The notes below the pieces were generated by a model. It was not told the origin of the DNA, did no database searches, and saw only the letters and a list, made by a program, of their open reading frames with translations. Position numbers and translations under genes: made by a program. Of a DNA stretch of 64,000 nt, positions 21,801 to 31,053 are shown in pieces (within the stretch, counting starts at the first letter, position 1; each line of letters starts with the position of its first letter). The DNA lies in NCBI GenBank assembly GCA_036574205.1, contig JAINCQ010000012.1, positions 11,434 through 75,433 of the forward strand. Direction: 5' to 3'. The stretch is from Elusimicrobiota bacterium. Lineage in GTDB: Bacteria > Elusimicrobiota > Elusimicrobia > Elusimicrobiales > UBA9959.

Positions 21801-22254
21801 CAATCCAGTAATTAAAGGGAAAATAACATTCCAGCAATATAACGGAAAAACATTTTCACAAAGATATCCTGGAGCTGGAACGATATATATAAAAATTTAC
21901 GTAAAAAACCACATGTTTGATGTTAAAAATACTTATATACCTCTTGGACTGTCAAACCCGATCTATCTAACCGCAAATGAAGATAAATTTGTTACATATA
22001 ATAACATAATAGACAAGAACAACTCAAGTATGACAATAAAATATGAAGCAAAAAGCTTATCTAATGTAAACATATCCGTCTACACTGCAACCGGAAAATT
22101 TGTAAAAAAAATATACAGTGGACCAATATACGGCAAGGTAAGCTTTAACTGGGATGGAACGGATGAAAGTGGGAATAAACTGGCAAGCGGGATATATTAC
22201 ATAAAAACAACTGGCGGAATAAATAAAGTGGAAAAAGTTGGTATAGCAAGGTAA
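18826..22254 (+). CDS. Secreted M4/M36-type zinc metalloprotease with FTP/PepSY-like propeptide and C-terminal FlgD-Ig/T9SS-like sorting domain
   Basis: Signal peptide, HIYYQQYY propeptide, NAFY, HEYGH-X19-EAIAD (thermolysin spacing), GEVHEDG, DLYEPNN/GDEDYY PPC-like module, and C-terminal WDGTDESGNKLASGIYYIK. Confidence 0.85.
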   Translation: MIKTSLLLLFILSNLNAKSFKEFRTNKISPLADTIIEIETQKTKKTHSAISTMAFKKNFFKTFNNNNSSSKKWKIKFNSYGIPKLLSGDKTKKKYYGNIEQIFETFVLENKDMLGIEMKNLRLVTKSEFLGTKHIYYQQYYKHLPVEFSYVKLHITQDNEVSQYNAKYYPDINIDINPNVSIEQAKSIIAQELGFFSISTYSLVIFPDELNNSYYLSWKIKTEGGSGNLNGKWIYYINAKEPKIIFKYDERQYSCTLQEETSGYVMGEVYEISPAPTDQENGPDSWVPKITTPIANQYVFAGSTSVSTTTKENGEYCIDYDTSNNGAKVFMTLMGPYFSVMNFNGKPSIFTNGNITWKTASPSLNISSYNNDSETLYSISPNLTINSGESLAFVGPMFSSFNIGEVDNCGSGIDNDMVYVMDSNKNSVAIWFGKNKSNLFGGLVPDNKYIIKIKSDSSGTGSFNIINSSYMVITNYQGKNYATGSVIWSTANYLTDPDGSSINTFYHLNKIRNFMMKFNSKCGGTGCINLDKKVPVMIDVYGDKLTPDCPQENTMLNAFYDLDHDAIFMGKGINMGSYYKNFGLDGTVIRHEYGHLVMNRIYPIIYFGEFGAITEAIADYFSISSFWDEGKTITVLGNFIGIGEGARRDLKQLSDYPKRMPQDWVGEVHEDGEILSGALYKIRKDSSYSLGIFSSGSYAGLNKADLYIFGALFYFPDNFENFREAVIDICKRIEGTSCEKSKIEDAFNAHGIGAQSVVDLYEPNNGPEYATNISTFSTVYGYIDYQGDEDYYAIPLGEGIFQARLYLPEGYSSGSGFYHAYNMFLFDSYRNYITGASPNIVPSLCYNKDSPVPNSCYTKDSYIDLYYTVSKPQVYYLAITAGINSNYGNGIDFNNTTPYILTYSANSKSIVSAQIKTRKVDEDEIEFTATVPKFEYLEDLTHLTWTEGQEFEFCEYDCIKILDNNLNELSTNYISISYALGETSYNTIDSLGNPVIKGKITFQQYNGKTFSQRYPGAGTIYIKIYVKNHMFDVKNTYIPLGLSNPIYLTANEDKFVTYNNIIDKNNSSMTIKYEAKSLSNVNISVYTATGKFVKKIYSGPIYGKVSFNWDGTDESGNKLASGIYYIKTTGGINKVEKVGIAR

Positions 22255-22275
22255 AATGTATAAAAAAGGAAAAAG

Positions 22276-23388
22276 ATGGAATTAATAAAAAATAAAAAGA
22301 TTAAAACAGTTTTTAAAATAATAACTATAATAATTATTTTATCCAAAAATTTATATTCAAATTCTGCTATTGATGTGCTAAAAAACGATGTAAGCGCATC
22401 AGTTCTTGCAATGGCTGGATCAAATGCCGCATTAAACCTTGATATTTTTTCTGTAAACTATAATCCTGCAACATTGGGAGAGATAAAAAGCTATCAAACT
22501 GCAATCTCTTATTCAAATGGATTTGAGGATGCGACCTATTCTTATGCCGCACTTGGCATGCCTTTTCCAACAAATATAATATCAAATATATCAAAACCAT
22601 ATATAGCAATGTCAATATATATGACCAGCCTTGGAGATTTTATTGACAGAAGAATAAATCCCGATGGAACAATTTCAGAGAAAAAAATAAATGCTGAGAA
22701 AAACACAATTGTCTCGTTTTCATATGCAGAAAAAATAACGAAGGAAACAGTTATAATCTCCCCCACTATAAAATCAAAATTTGAAAGCAATATTGGTATA
22801 GGTGTTAAATTTATAGATTCAAAACTTCTTGATAAATATTCCGCAAATACAGTCGCGGTGGACGCGGGATATTATGGAAACTTTGTTGATATCGGATTTG
22901 ATTTTGGGATATCTGTCTCAAATGCTATTGGAAGCATAAAATATATAGAGGAAAAATATAATCTCCCGACTATTTTGAGAGTTGCTGCTTCATACTCAAA
23001 ACCCACTATAATGGACCAGAGGACTAAAATATCCTGTGAATTTGATAGATACATAAACGATAAACAAAATTCTCTAAGAATTGGTCTTGAATATACATTT
23101 GAAAAAATAATGAGTATAAGAACGGGATATAGATTTTTAGAAGATAATAAGGGATTATCAATAGGGGTTGGGCTTTTTGCAGGAGGATTTTCTATAGATA
23201 TTGCTACAGTTTTTTATGATGTTTACAAATACAGTTCTGTCTCAATAAAATTTAAATTTGGAAAACAAGTTGAAGAAGAAAAACAATCAAAAGAATTAAA
23301 AAAATTTATAGAAAAAGAGGAAAAAAAGACAGACAGACCATCCAGACCAAAAACATCTCCATTAAAAAACCAGATAATAGTATTCTAA
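22276..23388 (+). CDS. PorV/PorQ-like outer-membrane beta-barrel
   Basis: SASVLAMAGS...SVNYNPATLG N-terminal motif of the FadL/PorV class, AVDAG, NLPTILRVA, LRIGLEY, IRTGY amphipathic strands. Confidence 0.75.
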   Translation: MELIKNKKIKTVFKIITIIIILSKNLYSNSAIDVLKNDVSASVLAMAGSNAALNLDIFSVNYNPATLGEIKSYQTAISYSNGFEDATYSYAALGMPFPTNIISNISKPYIAMSIYMTSLGDFIDRRINPDGTISEKKINAEKNTIVSFSYAEKITKETVIISPTIKSKFESNIGIGVKFIDSKLLDKYSANTVAVDAGYYGNFVDIGFDFGISVSNAIGSIKYIEEKYNLPTILRVAASYSKPTIMDQRTKISCEFDRYINDKQNSLRIGLEYTFEKIMSIRTGYRFLEDNKGLSIGVGLFAGGFSIDIATVFYDVYKYSSVSIKFKFGKQVEEEKQSKELKKFIEKEEKKTDRPSRPKTSPLKNQIIVF

Positions 23389-23412
23389 GTTAAGTTTTTA
23401 TAATCAAAAATT

Positions 23413-23508
23413 AATCTCCTCACCCATTTATTTTCCTCTCCCTTGGATGGGAGAGGATTAAGGTGAGGGTGAAAAAAGGAGAGGGAATATATTAAAATGG
23501 GAAGAGGG
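23413..23508. repeat. REP-like purine/pyrimidine hairpin element, copy 1
   Basis: 9-bp stem TCCTCTCCC/GGGAGAGGA (23434-23457) with outer CCTCACC/GGTGAGG. Three blocks recur inverted at 61225-61301. Confidence 0.75.
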
Positions 23509-23624
23509 CAAATATAAACATATGAAAGCAGTTAAACCGTCTAAGGAAGGTAATGTTGTGGTTAAACTGTGGATATTAATTTTTTAGTTTTGGTTTTATC
23601 AGATGAAAAGTTTTAAAAAACAAA

Positions 23625-24122
23625 TTATTTTTTATCGCTTATCTCTTCAAATTCTCCCTTTTTGAGATTTTTCCTCACATTATACCAGTTAAAGTATCTT
23701 CCATTCATTGCGATATAAACTCCGGGAGGAAGGACCTGAGCAAATGAGATTGCGCTTCCTAAATTGAACATTCCATCAGATGAACCAAATTTATAAGGAA
23801 TCATAGCTCCGGTAAGAACTACCGTTTTGTTTTTTATTTTTCTGCCCAAAACCCTGGCTGTCTCAGCCATAGTATCAGTTCCATGAGTTATAACAATATT
23901 TTTTTCTTTTGATTTTAAACATTCTTTAAGAATTTTAATTCTATGATCATTTTTCATAAAAAGGCTGTCTATCATCATAAGCTTTTTTACTTTATATTTA
24001 ACCCTGCACCTTCCAAGTTCAAGCATTTCATTTATATGAGTATCCCTAAAAAAAAGCTCTCCTTTTATCTCATTATATTCTTTATCAAAAGTTCCACCTG
24101 TAACTATTATCTTGATAGTCAT
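23625..24122 (-). CDS. Short, single-domain L-asparaginase
   Basis: TGGTFDK, MIDSL, THGTDTM, LTGAMIP, SDGMFNLG. Start at ATG 24122 after a GGAAGGAG SD. Confidence 0.85.
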   Translation of the reverse strand: MTIKIIVTGGTFDKEYNEIKGELFFRDTHINEMLELGRCRVKYKVKKLMMIDSLFMKNDHRIKILKECLKSKEKNIVITHGTDTMAETARVLGRKIKNKTVVLTGAMIPYKFGSSDGMFNLGSAISFAQVLPPGVYIAMNGRYFNWYNVRKNLKKGEFEEISDKK

Positions 24123-24141
24123 CTCCTTCCCCTCAAAAACC

Positions 24142-25575
24142 TTAACCAATTCTCCTATCTTTATAAAAAGAAAAATACGCTTTATAAGCCATGTATATAT
24201 CAAGTTTTGATGCAAGTTCCATTGGAGCATGCATTGACATAAGCCCAACCCCGCAATCTAAAACCTGCATTCCATATCTTGCCATATAATGAGCGATTGT
24301 TCCCCCTCCCCCTTCATCAACCTTTCCAAGTTCGCCAGTCTGCCATACCACCTTATTTGAGTCAAAGATTCTTCTTATCTGAGCTACAAATTCAGCGTTT
24401 GCATCCGAAGCCCCTGCTTTGCCCTTTGATCCAGTATATTTGGTAATGCATATACCATAGTTTATAAAAGCCGAATTTTTTTTCTCCGACACTGATGGGA
24501 ATAATGGATCTAAAACAGCATTTACATCGGCAGAAAGCATCCACGAATTTTTAAGCATTCTTTTTAGATTTATTTCATTATATGAGCCATAATAAAGATT
24601 AATAATTTCTGAACAGGCATTTTCAAAAGAATTTGACCCCATACCTGTTGCTCCATAAGAACCTATCTCTTCCTTATCGGCAAGTATAAGCGAGGAGGTA
24701 TATTCGGGAGTATTGCCACTGCCAGCTCTAATAAATCCCATCATAGCCGTATAAGCGCAAACCCTATCGTCATGACCATAAGCAAGTATCATAGACTTAT
24801 CAAATCCAACTTCTTTTGGATTATATGCTGGAACGATCTCAAGTTCAGCTGAAAGGAAATCACTTTCAGTTATATTGTATTTCTCATTTAAAATATTTAA
24901 TATATTTTTTCTCACTCTTTCTTTAGCTTTTTTATCCTTAACAGGGATAGAGCCTATCAATAAATCAAGATTTTCTCCTTCAACAGCCTCTGAAAGAGTT
25001 TTTTTCATCTGGTTTTGAGCAAGATGTGGAAGCAAATCAGTTATACAAAAAACAGGATCATTTTCATTTTCCCCTATTCTTATATTTACTTTCTCCCCGG
25101 TTTTCTTTACAACAACACCATGGATAGCAAGAGGTATTGTAAGCCACTGATATTTTTTTATTCCGCCATAATAGTGTGTATCAAAATATGCTATCTCAGA
25201 ATTTTCATAAAGAGGATTTTGTTTTATATCAATTCTTGGAGAATCCACATGAGCTCCAACTATCTGCATGCCATCCGATAGGTCTTTTTTACCTATTATA
25301 AAAGCAAAAAGAGTTTTTCCATAATTTGAAATATAAACTTTATCCCCCTGTTTTAAACTTTCAAATTCTGATATATCTTTAAAACCGTTTTCTTTCAAAA
25401 TTTTAATTGAATTATCATGAAATTCTCTTTCGGTTTTTGAAATAGAAATAAAAGCCATATAATCTTTTGAAAATGATTCTATAGACTCTACTTCTTTTGA
25501 AGAAACAACATCCCATCCATTAACTCTTTCATAAGAAATTCCTTTATTATTTATTTTTTTAGTTTTTGTTTGCAT
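24142..25575 (-). CDS. M18 family aminopeptidase
   Basis: GAHVDSPR, HYYGGIKKYQW, GHDDRVC, DKEEIGS, SADV, GGGGTI, SMHAP. Confidence 0.92.
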   Translation of the reverse strand: MQTKTKKINNKGISYERVNGWDVVSSKEVESIESFSKDYMAFISISKTEREFHDNSIKILKENGFKDISEFESLKQGDKVYISNYGKTLFAFIIGKKDLSDGMQIVGAHVDSPRIDIKQNPLYENSEIAYFDTHYYGGIKKYQWLTIPLAIHGVVVKKTGEKVNIRIGENENDPVFCITDLLPHLAQNQMKKTLSEAVEGENLDLLIGSIPVKDKKAKERVRKNILNILNEKYNITESDFLSAELEIVPAYNPKEVGFDKSMILAYGHDDRVCAYTAMMGFIRAGSGNTPEYTSSLILADKEEIGSYGATGMGSNSFENACSEIINLYYGSYNEINLKRMLKNSWMLSADVNAVLDPLFPSVSEKKNSAFINYGICITKYTGSKGKAGASDANAEFVAQIRRIFDSNKVVWQTGELGKVDEGGGGTIAHYMARYGMQVLDCGVGLMSMHAPMELASKLDIYMAYKAYFSFYKDRRIG

Positions 25576-25606
25576 TATTCCTCCTTAATATACATTATAA
25601 TACTTT

Positions 25607-25921
25607 TTATTTTAAAAATCGCGCAACTTTAATTCCAATAATCATAAGTCCTATGCCTACTATAATAATAGGTATTCCTATAAAAGCTAAAATAGTAGCC
25701 GACAAAAAAGCCCCGATTATTATAAAGATAACAGCTAAAAAAATAAAAGTAATAGATAGAAAATTTCTAAATTTATATATACTTCTTAATAAAAAAGACT
25801 GATCAGTATTTTTATTATCTGAGTAAATATAATCATCAACTATCTCTGCTTCTACTTCTTTTGTATTACTATCTTTTTTGTCTTTAAACCAATATGTTAC
25901 TATTTTTTTAGATTCCATCAC
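25607..25921 (-). CDS. Small hypothetical membrane protein
   Basis: Two C-terminal hydrophobic helices. Co-oriented with its neighbours. Confidence 0.6.
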   Translation of the reverse strand: MMESKKIVTYWFKDKKDSNTKEVEAEIVDDYIYSDNKNTDQSFLLRSIYKFRNFLSITFIFLAVIFIIIGAFLSATILAFIGIPIIIVGIGLMIIGIKVARFLK

Positions 25922-25932
25922 TATCTATTATA

Positions 25933-26580
25933 TCATAATGAAGAAAAACAAATCTTTAAAAAACTTTCTTTTTCCTCAAATGAATACTTTTTACCGAAAA
26001 GAGTAAATTCTAACTTAAAACAATGGAGCATCATTCTTCCATATTTATTCTCTCTATCTTTCACCCTACCATAAAGTTTATCTCCTACTATGGGATATCC
26101 TATATGATAAAGATGAACCCTTATTTGATGTCTCCTTCCAGTTATAGGTTTTGCTTCTATAAGGGATAAATTGTTATCCAGATTTTTAATAAGTCTAAAC
26201 TCAGTTGTAGCTGGCTTGCCATTTTGAGAAACCCCCATCCTTTGAGATCCATATTCCCTTATAGGTAAATCTACTGATAAAAATTTTTCTTTGAAATTAC
26301 CATATACCACCGCTAAATATCGTTTATCTATGAGCCTTTTTTCAAACATAATAGACAACTCTCTATGTGTCTGTTTATCTTTTGCAAAAACCAAAACGCC
26401 ACTTGTATCCCTGTCTATCCTATGAACAACAAAAATTTTTCCATATTCCTTATTTAGTTTTTCATAAAGGTTTTCTTCTGCTGATAAGCTTCCCCTTCCT
26501 TTAATTACTAAAACACTTTCTTTTTTTGAAACTACAATAATATTTTTATCCTCATATATTTTTTCATAAGTATTTTCCAT
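25933..26580 (-). CDS. RluA family pseudouridine synthase
   Basis: VVHRIDRDTSG, TGRRHQIRVH, PIVGDKLYG, MLHC. Confidence 0.92.
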   Translation of the reverse strand: MENTYEKIYEDKNIIVVSKKESVLVIKGRGSLSAEENLYEKLNKEYGKIFVVHRIDRDTSGVLVFAKDKQTHRELSIMFEKRLIDKRYLAVVYGNFKEKFLSVDLPIREYGSQRMGVSQNGKPATTEFRLIKNLDNNLSLIEAKPITGRRHQIRVHLYHIGYPIVGDKLYGRVKDRENKYGRMMLHCFKLEFTLFGKKYSFEEKESFLKICFSSL

Positions 26581-26618
26581 AAGATTAAATATTATATAAT
26601 ATTTGAAGTGGAGGATAT

Positions 26619-28163
26619 ATGAAAATCGCTGTTTTAGTATTTTTTATTTTGACCTCTGTCAATATTCATTCTCAAACAATTGATTCAATGTGCAGCAGGC
26701 TGCGTGATTCTATAAAAGATAAAAAAGAGATAAAACTGGCTGTAATAGATTTTTACAGCATTAATCAAAAAAACGCAGATTCAAAGATAATACAACAAAG
26801 GATAACAACATATTTTTCAGCCATAAAAGAAATAACGCTTATAGAAAGGTCCCTTCTTGACAAAGTTCTTGGAGAAATTAAACTGCAACAAAGCGGAACA
26901 ATAGCCGAAAAAGATATAACAAAAATAGGCGAAATAACAGGGGCAAACTATGTTCTTACTGGAACGATAAACGACTTAAAAGATAACAAACTTGAAATAA
27001 ACTCCAGAATAGTGGAAGTAGCCACAGGGAAAATAATAACGGGAGCAAATGCAATTATAGAAAAAGATTGGGAAAGTATATCCATATCTACAACACCGCC
27101 GTCTTATTCAGGCAAAGCTATTACACAAATAGCGATATTGCTTGACACTTCCGGTTCTATGGATGGACTTATAGAGCAGGCAAAAAGATATTTATGGTCT
27201 ATAATAAACGAGCTTTCAAAATATGAAAAAGATGGAAATGGGAATGTAGTTGAAGTAGCGCTTTATGAATATGGAAATGACAAACTACCAAGAGAGTCGG
27301 GATATATAAGAAAAGTTCTTGACTTTACAAAAGATATGGACGCTGTAGCTAAAGAATTATTTTCACTAAAAACAAATGGAGGAAATGAATACTGTGGATG
27401 GGTTATAAAGGACGCTGTAGAAAAATTAAAATGGAACAAAAAAGACGATGTCTATAAAGCAATATTTATAGCAGGCAATGAACCATTCACTCAAGGTCCT
27501 ATCAACTTTGAAGAAGCAGCAAATCTTGCTAAATCAAAAGGCATATTTGTTAATACTATATTTTGCGGACCAAGACAACAGGGAATAGCGCAAAGATGGA
27601 AAGATGCGGCAAATTTGACTGACGGAGATTATAACAGCATAGACCCCAATTACATTGCTTCTATTGAAACCCCATATGATGATAAATTGGTAGAATTAAA
27701 TGACAAACTTAACCAAACATATATCCCATATGGTGGCGCTTCAGCAAGAAATAAGATGGAACAAAAAATCCAGCTGGACAAACAAACACTTGGACAATCA
27801 AAAGCGGTTATGGCAGAAAGAGCTAATTTTGCGGCATCTGATGCAGCAAGAGCATCATACTCAAGCTGGGATTTAATAACAGCAGTTGAAAATGGAGAGT
27901 TAAAAATAAGTGAAATTAAAGAAGAAATGCTTTCAGATGAACTTAAAAAAATGACAAAACAAGAACTTCAATCTTATATACTATCAAAAATTAAGGAAAG
28001 GGAAAATCTTAGAAAAGAAATAGAAAAAAACAGGGTTGAAAGGGAGAAATACATAGAGCTCAAACAAAAAGATGGTCCAAAAGATTTAGGAAAAGCAATA
28101 ATTGAAACTGTCAGGAATCAAGCGGCAAAAAAAGGATATAAAACAAAAGAAAAGAAAAATTAA
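26619..28163 (+). CDS. Exported CsgG/FlgO-like domain - vWA domain fusion
   Basis: N-terminal LAVIDF...LIERSLLDKVLGE...IGEITGANYVLTG...SRIVEVATG (CsgG/FlgO/TolB-N-like). vWA MIDAS LLDTSGSMDGLI, TNGGNEYCG, IAGNEPF. Coiled-coil tail. Confidence 0.75.
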   Translation: MKIAVLVFFILTSVNIHSQTIDSMCSRLRDSIKDKKEIKLAVIDFYSINQKNADSKIIQQRITTYFSAIKEITLIERSLLDKVLGEIKLQQSGTIAEKDITKIGEITGANYVLTGTINDLKDNKLEINSRIVEVATGKIITGANAIIEKDWESISISTTPPSYSGKAITQIAILLDTSGSMDGLIEQAKRYLWSIINELSKYEKDGNGNVVEVALYEYGNDKLPRESGYIRKVLDFTKDMDAVAKELFSLKTNGGNEYCGWVIKDAVEKLKWNKKDDVYKAIFIAGNEPFTQGPINFEEAANLAKSKGIFVNTIFCGPRQQGIAQRWKDAANLTDGDYNSIDPNYIASIETPYDDKLVELNDKLNQTYIPYGGASARNKMEQKIQLDKQTLGQSKAVMAERANFAASDAARASYSSWDLITAVENGELKISEIKEEMLSDELKKMTKQELQSYILSKIKERENLRKEIEKNRVEREKYIELKQKDGPKDLGKAIIETVRNQAAKKGYKTKEKKN

Positions 28164-28185
28164 ATAAAATTATTTAGCTTCAAAA

Positions 28186-29772
28186 ATGATAAAAAATAAT
28201 TTTTTTTTTGCAACAAAAAATTATATATTTTTTACCTTTTCGATTATTCTTCTTTTTCTTAAAAACAACTACGCGCAGGATATTTCTCAAAAAATATCAG
28301 GGCTCATATTTGCATCTTACGATATAGAACAGTCAACTCAGATTATTGAAGCGGTTGAAAATAATATCGGAGGGATACAACTTCAATGGGGAAATTATTC
28401 ACCTGAATTCACAAGAAAAACAACAAAAAAAATCTATGAAAAATCCCCCTACCTTCCACCTCTTATTGCCATAGACTATGAAGGAGGAAGCGTTTATCTT
28501 CATCAAACCCATGGATTATTCAATCTCCCATCAAATATGGCGATTGGAAAAGCCAGAGAAAAAGACGATACTATAACCCTTTTCTATCTCCTTGGTCTTG
28601 AGTTGAGAAAACTAGGGATAAACACAGCTTTTTCCCCCATAGTTGATGTAAATACTGAAAAATACAATCCTATAATAAATGTGAGATCTTTTTCTGAAAA
28701 TAAAGATATTGTAACTGAAATGGGAGAAGCGGTAGTAGATGGTTTTTCCTCATCACAGATTATAACAACACTTAAACATTTTCCAGGACATGGAATGAGT
28801 TCGTCAGATTCCCATCTAACTCTTCCCGTAACCGATATTTCTCCGATAATATTATATGAAACTCACATTTATCCATTTAAAACTCTTATAGAAAAAGGAA
28901 AAGGTGATATTGTTATGCTCTCTCATATCGTATACAAAAGTATAGATGATAAATTTCCAGCAAGTCTTTCTGAAATAATAATAAAAAACATATTAAAACA
29001 ACAATTGAATTTTAAAGGTATTATAATAACAGATAGTCTTGATATGAAAGCTATAACTAAAAAATATTCTATAGAAGACGCTGCAGTTTTAGCTCTTAAA
29101 AACGGTTGCGATATGGTTTTAATAGGAAAATACAGTTATAAAAAAGTAAGAGATAGAATTCTTAAAGCAATAAAAAACAAAGAAATCGATATCAAAGATA
29201 TAGAAAATGCTTATCAAAGAATTGTAGAATTTAAAAAGAACAAAAAGCTTGATGAGTTTCAATTGAATAACGATAAATTTGACATGGCATACAAAGATAT
29301 AGCCACAAATATTTCTTATAAATCCATAAACATATCAAAAAATGAAAATAAACTTATTCCATTAAATCACGATTCAAAAATAAATATGATTTTCTTTGCC
29401 CCACAAAGGTTTTCACAGGAAGCAATCCTGCCATATCGTATTTTAAAATCCCAAAAATATAATATCAAATTGACTCTGGTAAATTTTGACAGCAAAATAA
29501 ATATTGAAAAATTGAAAAAAGATGCAAAAAACTATAGTATTTTATTAATAGCAGACTATTCATGGCCAAAGATGACTGAAAGAAGAAAAAAAATAATAGA
29601 TGAGCTATCAAAAGATTATAAGAAAAAAATATTTGTAAATCTTATCAATCCTGTAAACTCAGAATTATTTGCGGAGGAATACGATGCCATAATAGAAACA
29701 TATGGCATAAATGAATTTTCAATGAAGGCATTGGCTTTAAAACTTTTAGGTGAGAGTTTAAGTCAAAATTGA
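28186..29772 (+). CDS. nagZ: GH3 beta-N-acetylhexosaminidase (NagZ-like), exported
   Basis: IAIDYEGG, NPIINVRSFS, KHFPGHG....DSH NagZ signature, ITDSLDM. Confidence 0.8.
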   Translation: MIKNNFFFATKNYIFFTFSIILLFLKNNYAQDISQKISGLIFASYDIEQSTQIIEAVENNIGGIQLQWGNYSPEFTRKTTKKIYEKSPYLPPLIAIDYEGGSVYLHQTHGLFNLPSNMAIGKAREKDDTITLFYLLGLELRKLGINTAFSPIVDVNTEKYNPIINVRSFSENKDIVTEMGEAVVDGFSSSQIITTLKHFPGHGMSSSDSHLTLPVTDISPIILYETHIYPFKTLIEKGKGDIVMLSHIVYKSIDDKFPASLSEIIIKNILKQQLNFKGIIITDSLDMKAITKKYSIEDAAVLALKNGCDMVLIGKYSYKKVRDRILKAIKNKEIDIKDIENAYQRIVEFKKNKKLDEFQLNNDKFDMAYKDIATNISYKSINISKNENKLIPLNHDSKINMIFFAPQRFSQEAILPYRILKSQKYNIKLTLVNFDSKINIEKLKKDAKNYSILLIADYSWPKMTERRKKIIDELSKDYKKKIFVNLINPVNSELFAEEYDAIIETYGINEFSMKALALKLLGESLSQN

Positions 29773-29811
29773 TAAAATAATAAATATATTAAAGTTTTCT
29801 GGAGGTAAATT

Positions 29812-31053
29812 ATGCTAAAGTTAATAAGTTTTCTTGGAATATTTGTTTTGCTTTTTATTGCCTGGATTTTTAGCAAAAACAAAAAAGCAATAAACTATAA
29901 AACAGTTTTTATGGGGACATTAATTCAATTAATATTTGCTTTTTTAGTTTTAAAATTTCCGCCTGGAAGAAAATTTTTTGAAATTATGAATGACATTATA
30001 ATAAAAGTTATTTCTTTTTCAAATGATGGAGCAAAATTTATTTTTGGCTCTTTAATAGACAACCAGAACTTAGGTTTTATATTTGCTTTTCAGGTTCTGC
30101 CTACGATTATATTTTTTTCATCCCTTATGTCTGTTTTGTATTATCTTGGAATAATGCAAAAAATAGTTTTACTCTTTGCAAAAATAATGGCTAAATTTAT
30201 GGGAACAAGCGGAGCAGAATCTTTATCTGCAAGCGCAAATATATTTGTTGGACAAACCGAAGCGCCACTTGTAGTAAGGCCATACGTAAGCGAAATGACA
30301 CAAAGTGAACTTATGGCGGTTATGACCGGTGGTATGGCTACAATCGCAGGCGGTGTTATGGCAGTATATGTTGGAATATTAAAGGACTACCTTCCAAATA
30401 TAGCAGGTCATTTGCTTGCCGCATCAATTATGAGCGCCCCAGCAGCTCTTGTTATGTCAAAAATAATTATCCCTGAAACAGAAGAACCTAAAACAAAAGG
30501 AGTGGTAAAGTTAAACGTTGAGATAACCGACGCAAATATAATAGATGCGGCTGCAAATGGCGCGACCACAGGTCTTACCCTTGCATTAAATGTAGCAGCA
30601 TGTCTTATAGCATTCATGGCTCTTTTAGCTTTTGGAAATTATATAACAGGACTTATTGGCAATTTTTTTAACTACCCACAATTAACGCTTGAAAAAATTA
30701 TGGGCTGGATATTCTATCCTATTGCATGGATTATGGGAACTCCATCTGATGATATAATGAAACTTGCTGAATGGATGGGACAAAAAACTATATTAAATGA
30801 ATTTGTCGCATATGTTAATATGGCAACATTTCTAAAAGATAATCCAGGAGTGATATCGGAAAGAACAATTATAATAGCATCTTATGCTTTATGTGGTTTT
30901 TCTAATTTTTTATCCATTGCAATACAAATTGGTGGTATAGGTGGTATTGCGCCAAATAGACGTCATGACCTTGCAAAACTTGGCCTTTATGCGGTATTAG
31001 CAGGATCGCTTGCTTGCTTTATGACCGCTACAATTGCAGGAATTTTGATTTAA
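29812..31053 (+). CDS. NupC/CNT family nucleoside:cation symporter
   Basis: FAFQVLPTIIFFS, ANIFVGQTEAPL, GMATIAGGV, NEFVAY, YALCGFSN. Confidence 0.92.
   Translation: MLKLISFLGIFVLLFIAWIFSKNKKAINYKTVFMGTLIQLIFAFLVLKFPPGRKFFEIMNDIIIKVISFSNDGAKFIFGSLIDNQNLGFIFAFQVLPTIIFFSSLMSVLYYLGIMQKIVLLFAKIMAKFMGTSGAESLSASANIFVGQTEAPLVVRPYVSEMTQSELMAVMTGGMATIAGGVMAVYVGILKDYLPNIAGHLLAASIMSAPAALVMSKIIIPETEEPKTKGVVKLNVEITDANIIDAAANGATTGLTLALNVAACLIAFMALLAFGNYITGLIGNFFNYPQLTLEKIMGWIFYPIAWIMGTPSDDIMKLAEWMGQKTILNEFVAYVNMATFLKDNPGVISERTIIIASYALCGFSNFLSIAIQIGGIGGIAPNRRHDLAKLGLYAVLAGSLACFMTATIAGILI

Noticed and set aside
24123..24248. 42-aa N-terminal extension of the asparaginase
   Set aside because: It overlaps the M18 gene, and ATG 24122 has a good SD. 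Similar over-extended ORF-track starts were trimmed at 2588, 9056, 32871, 42837, 44643, 45019 and 54452.
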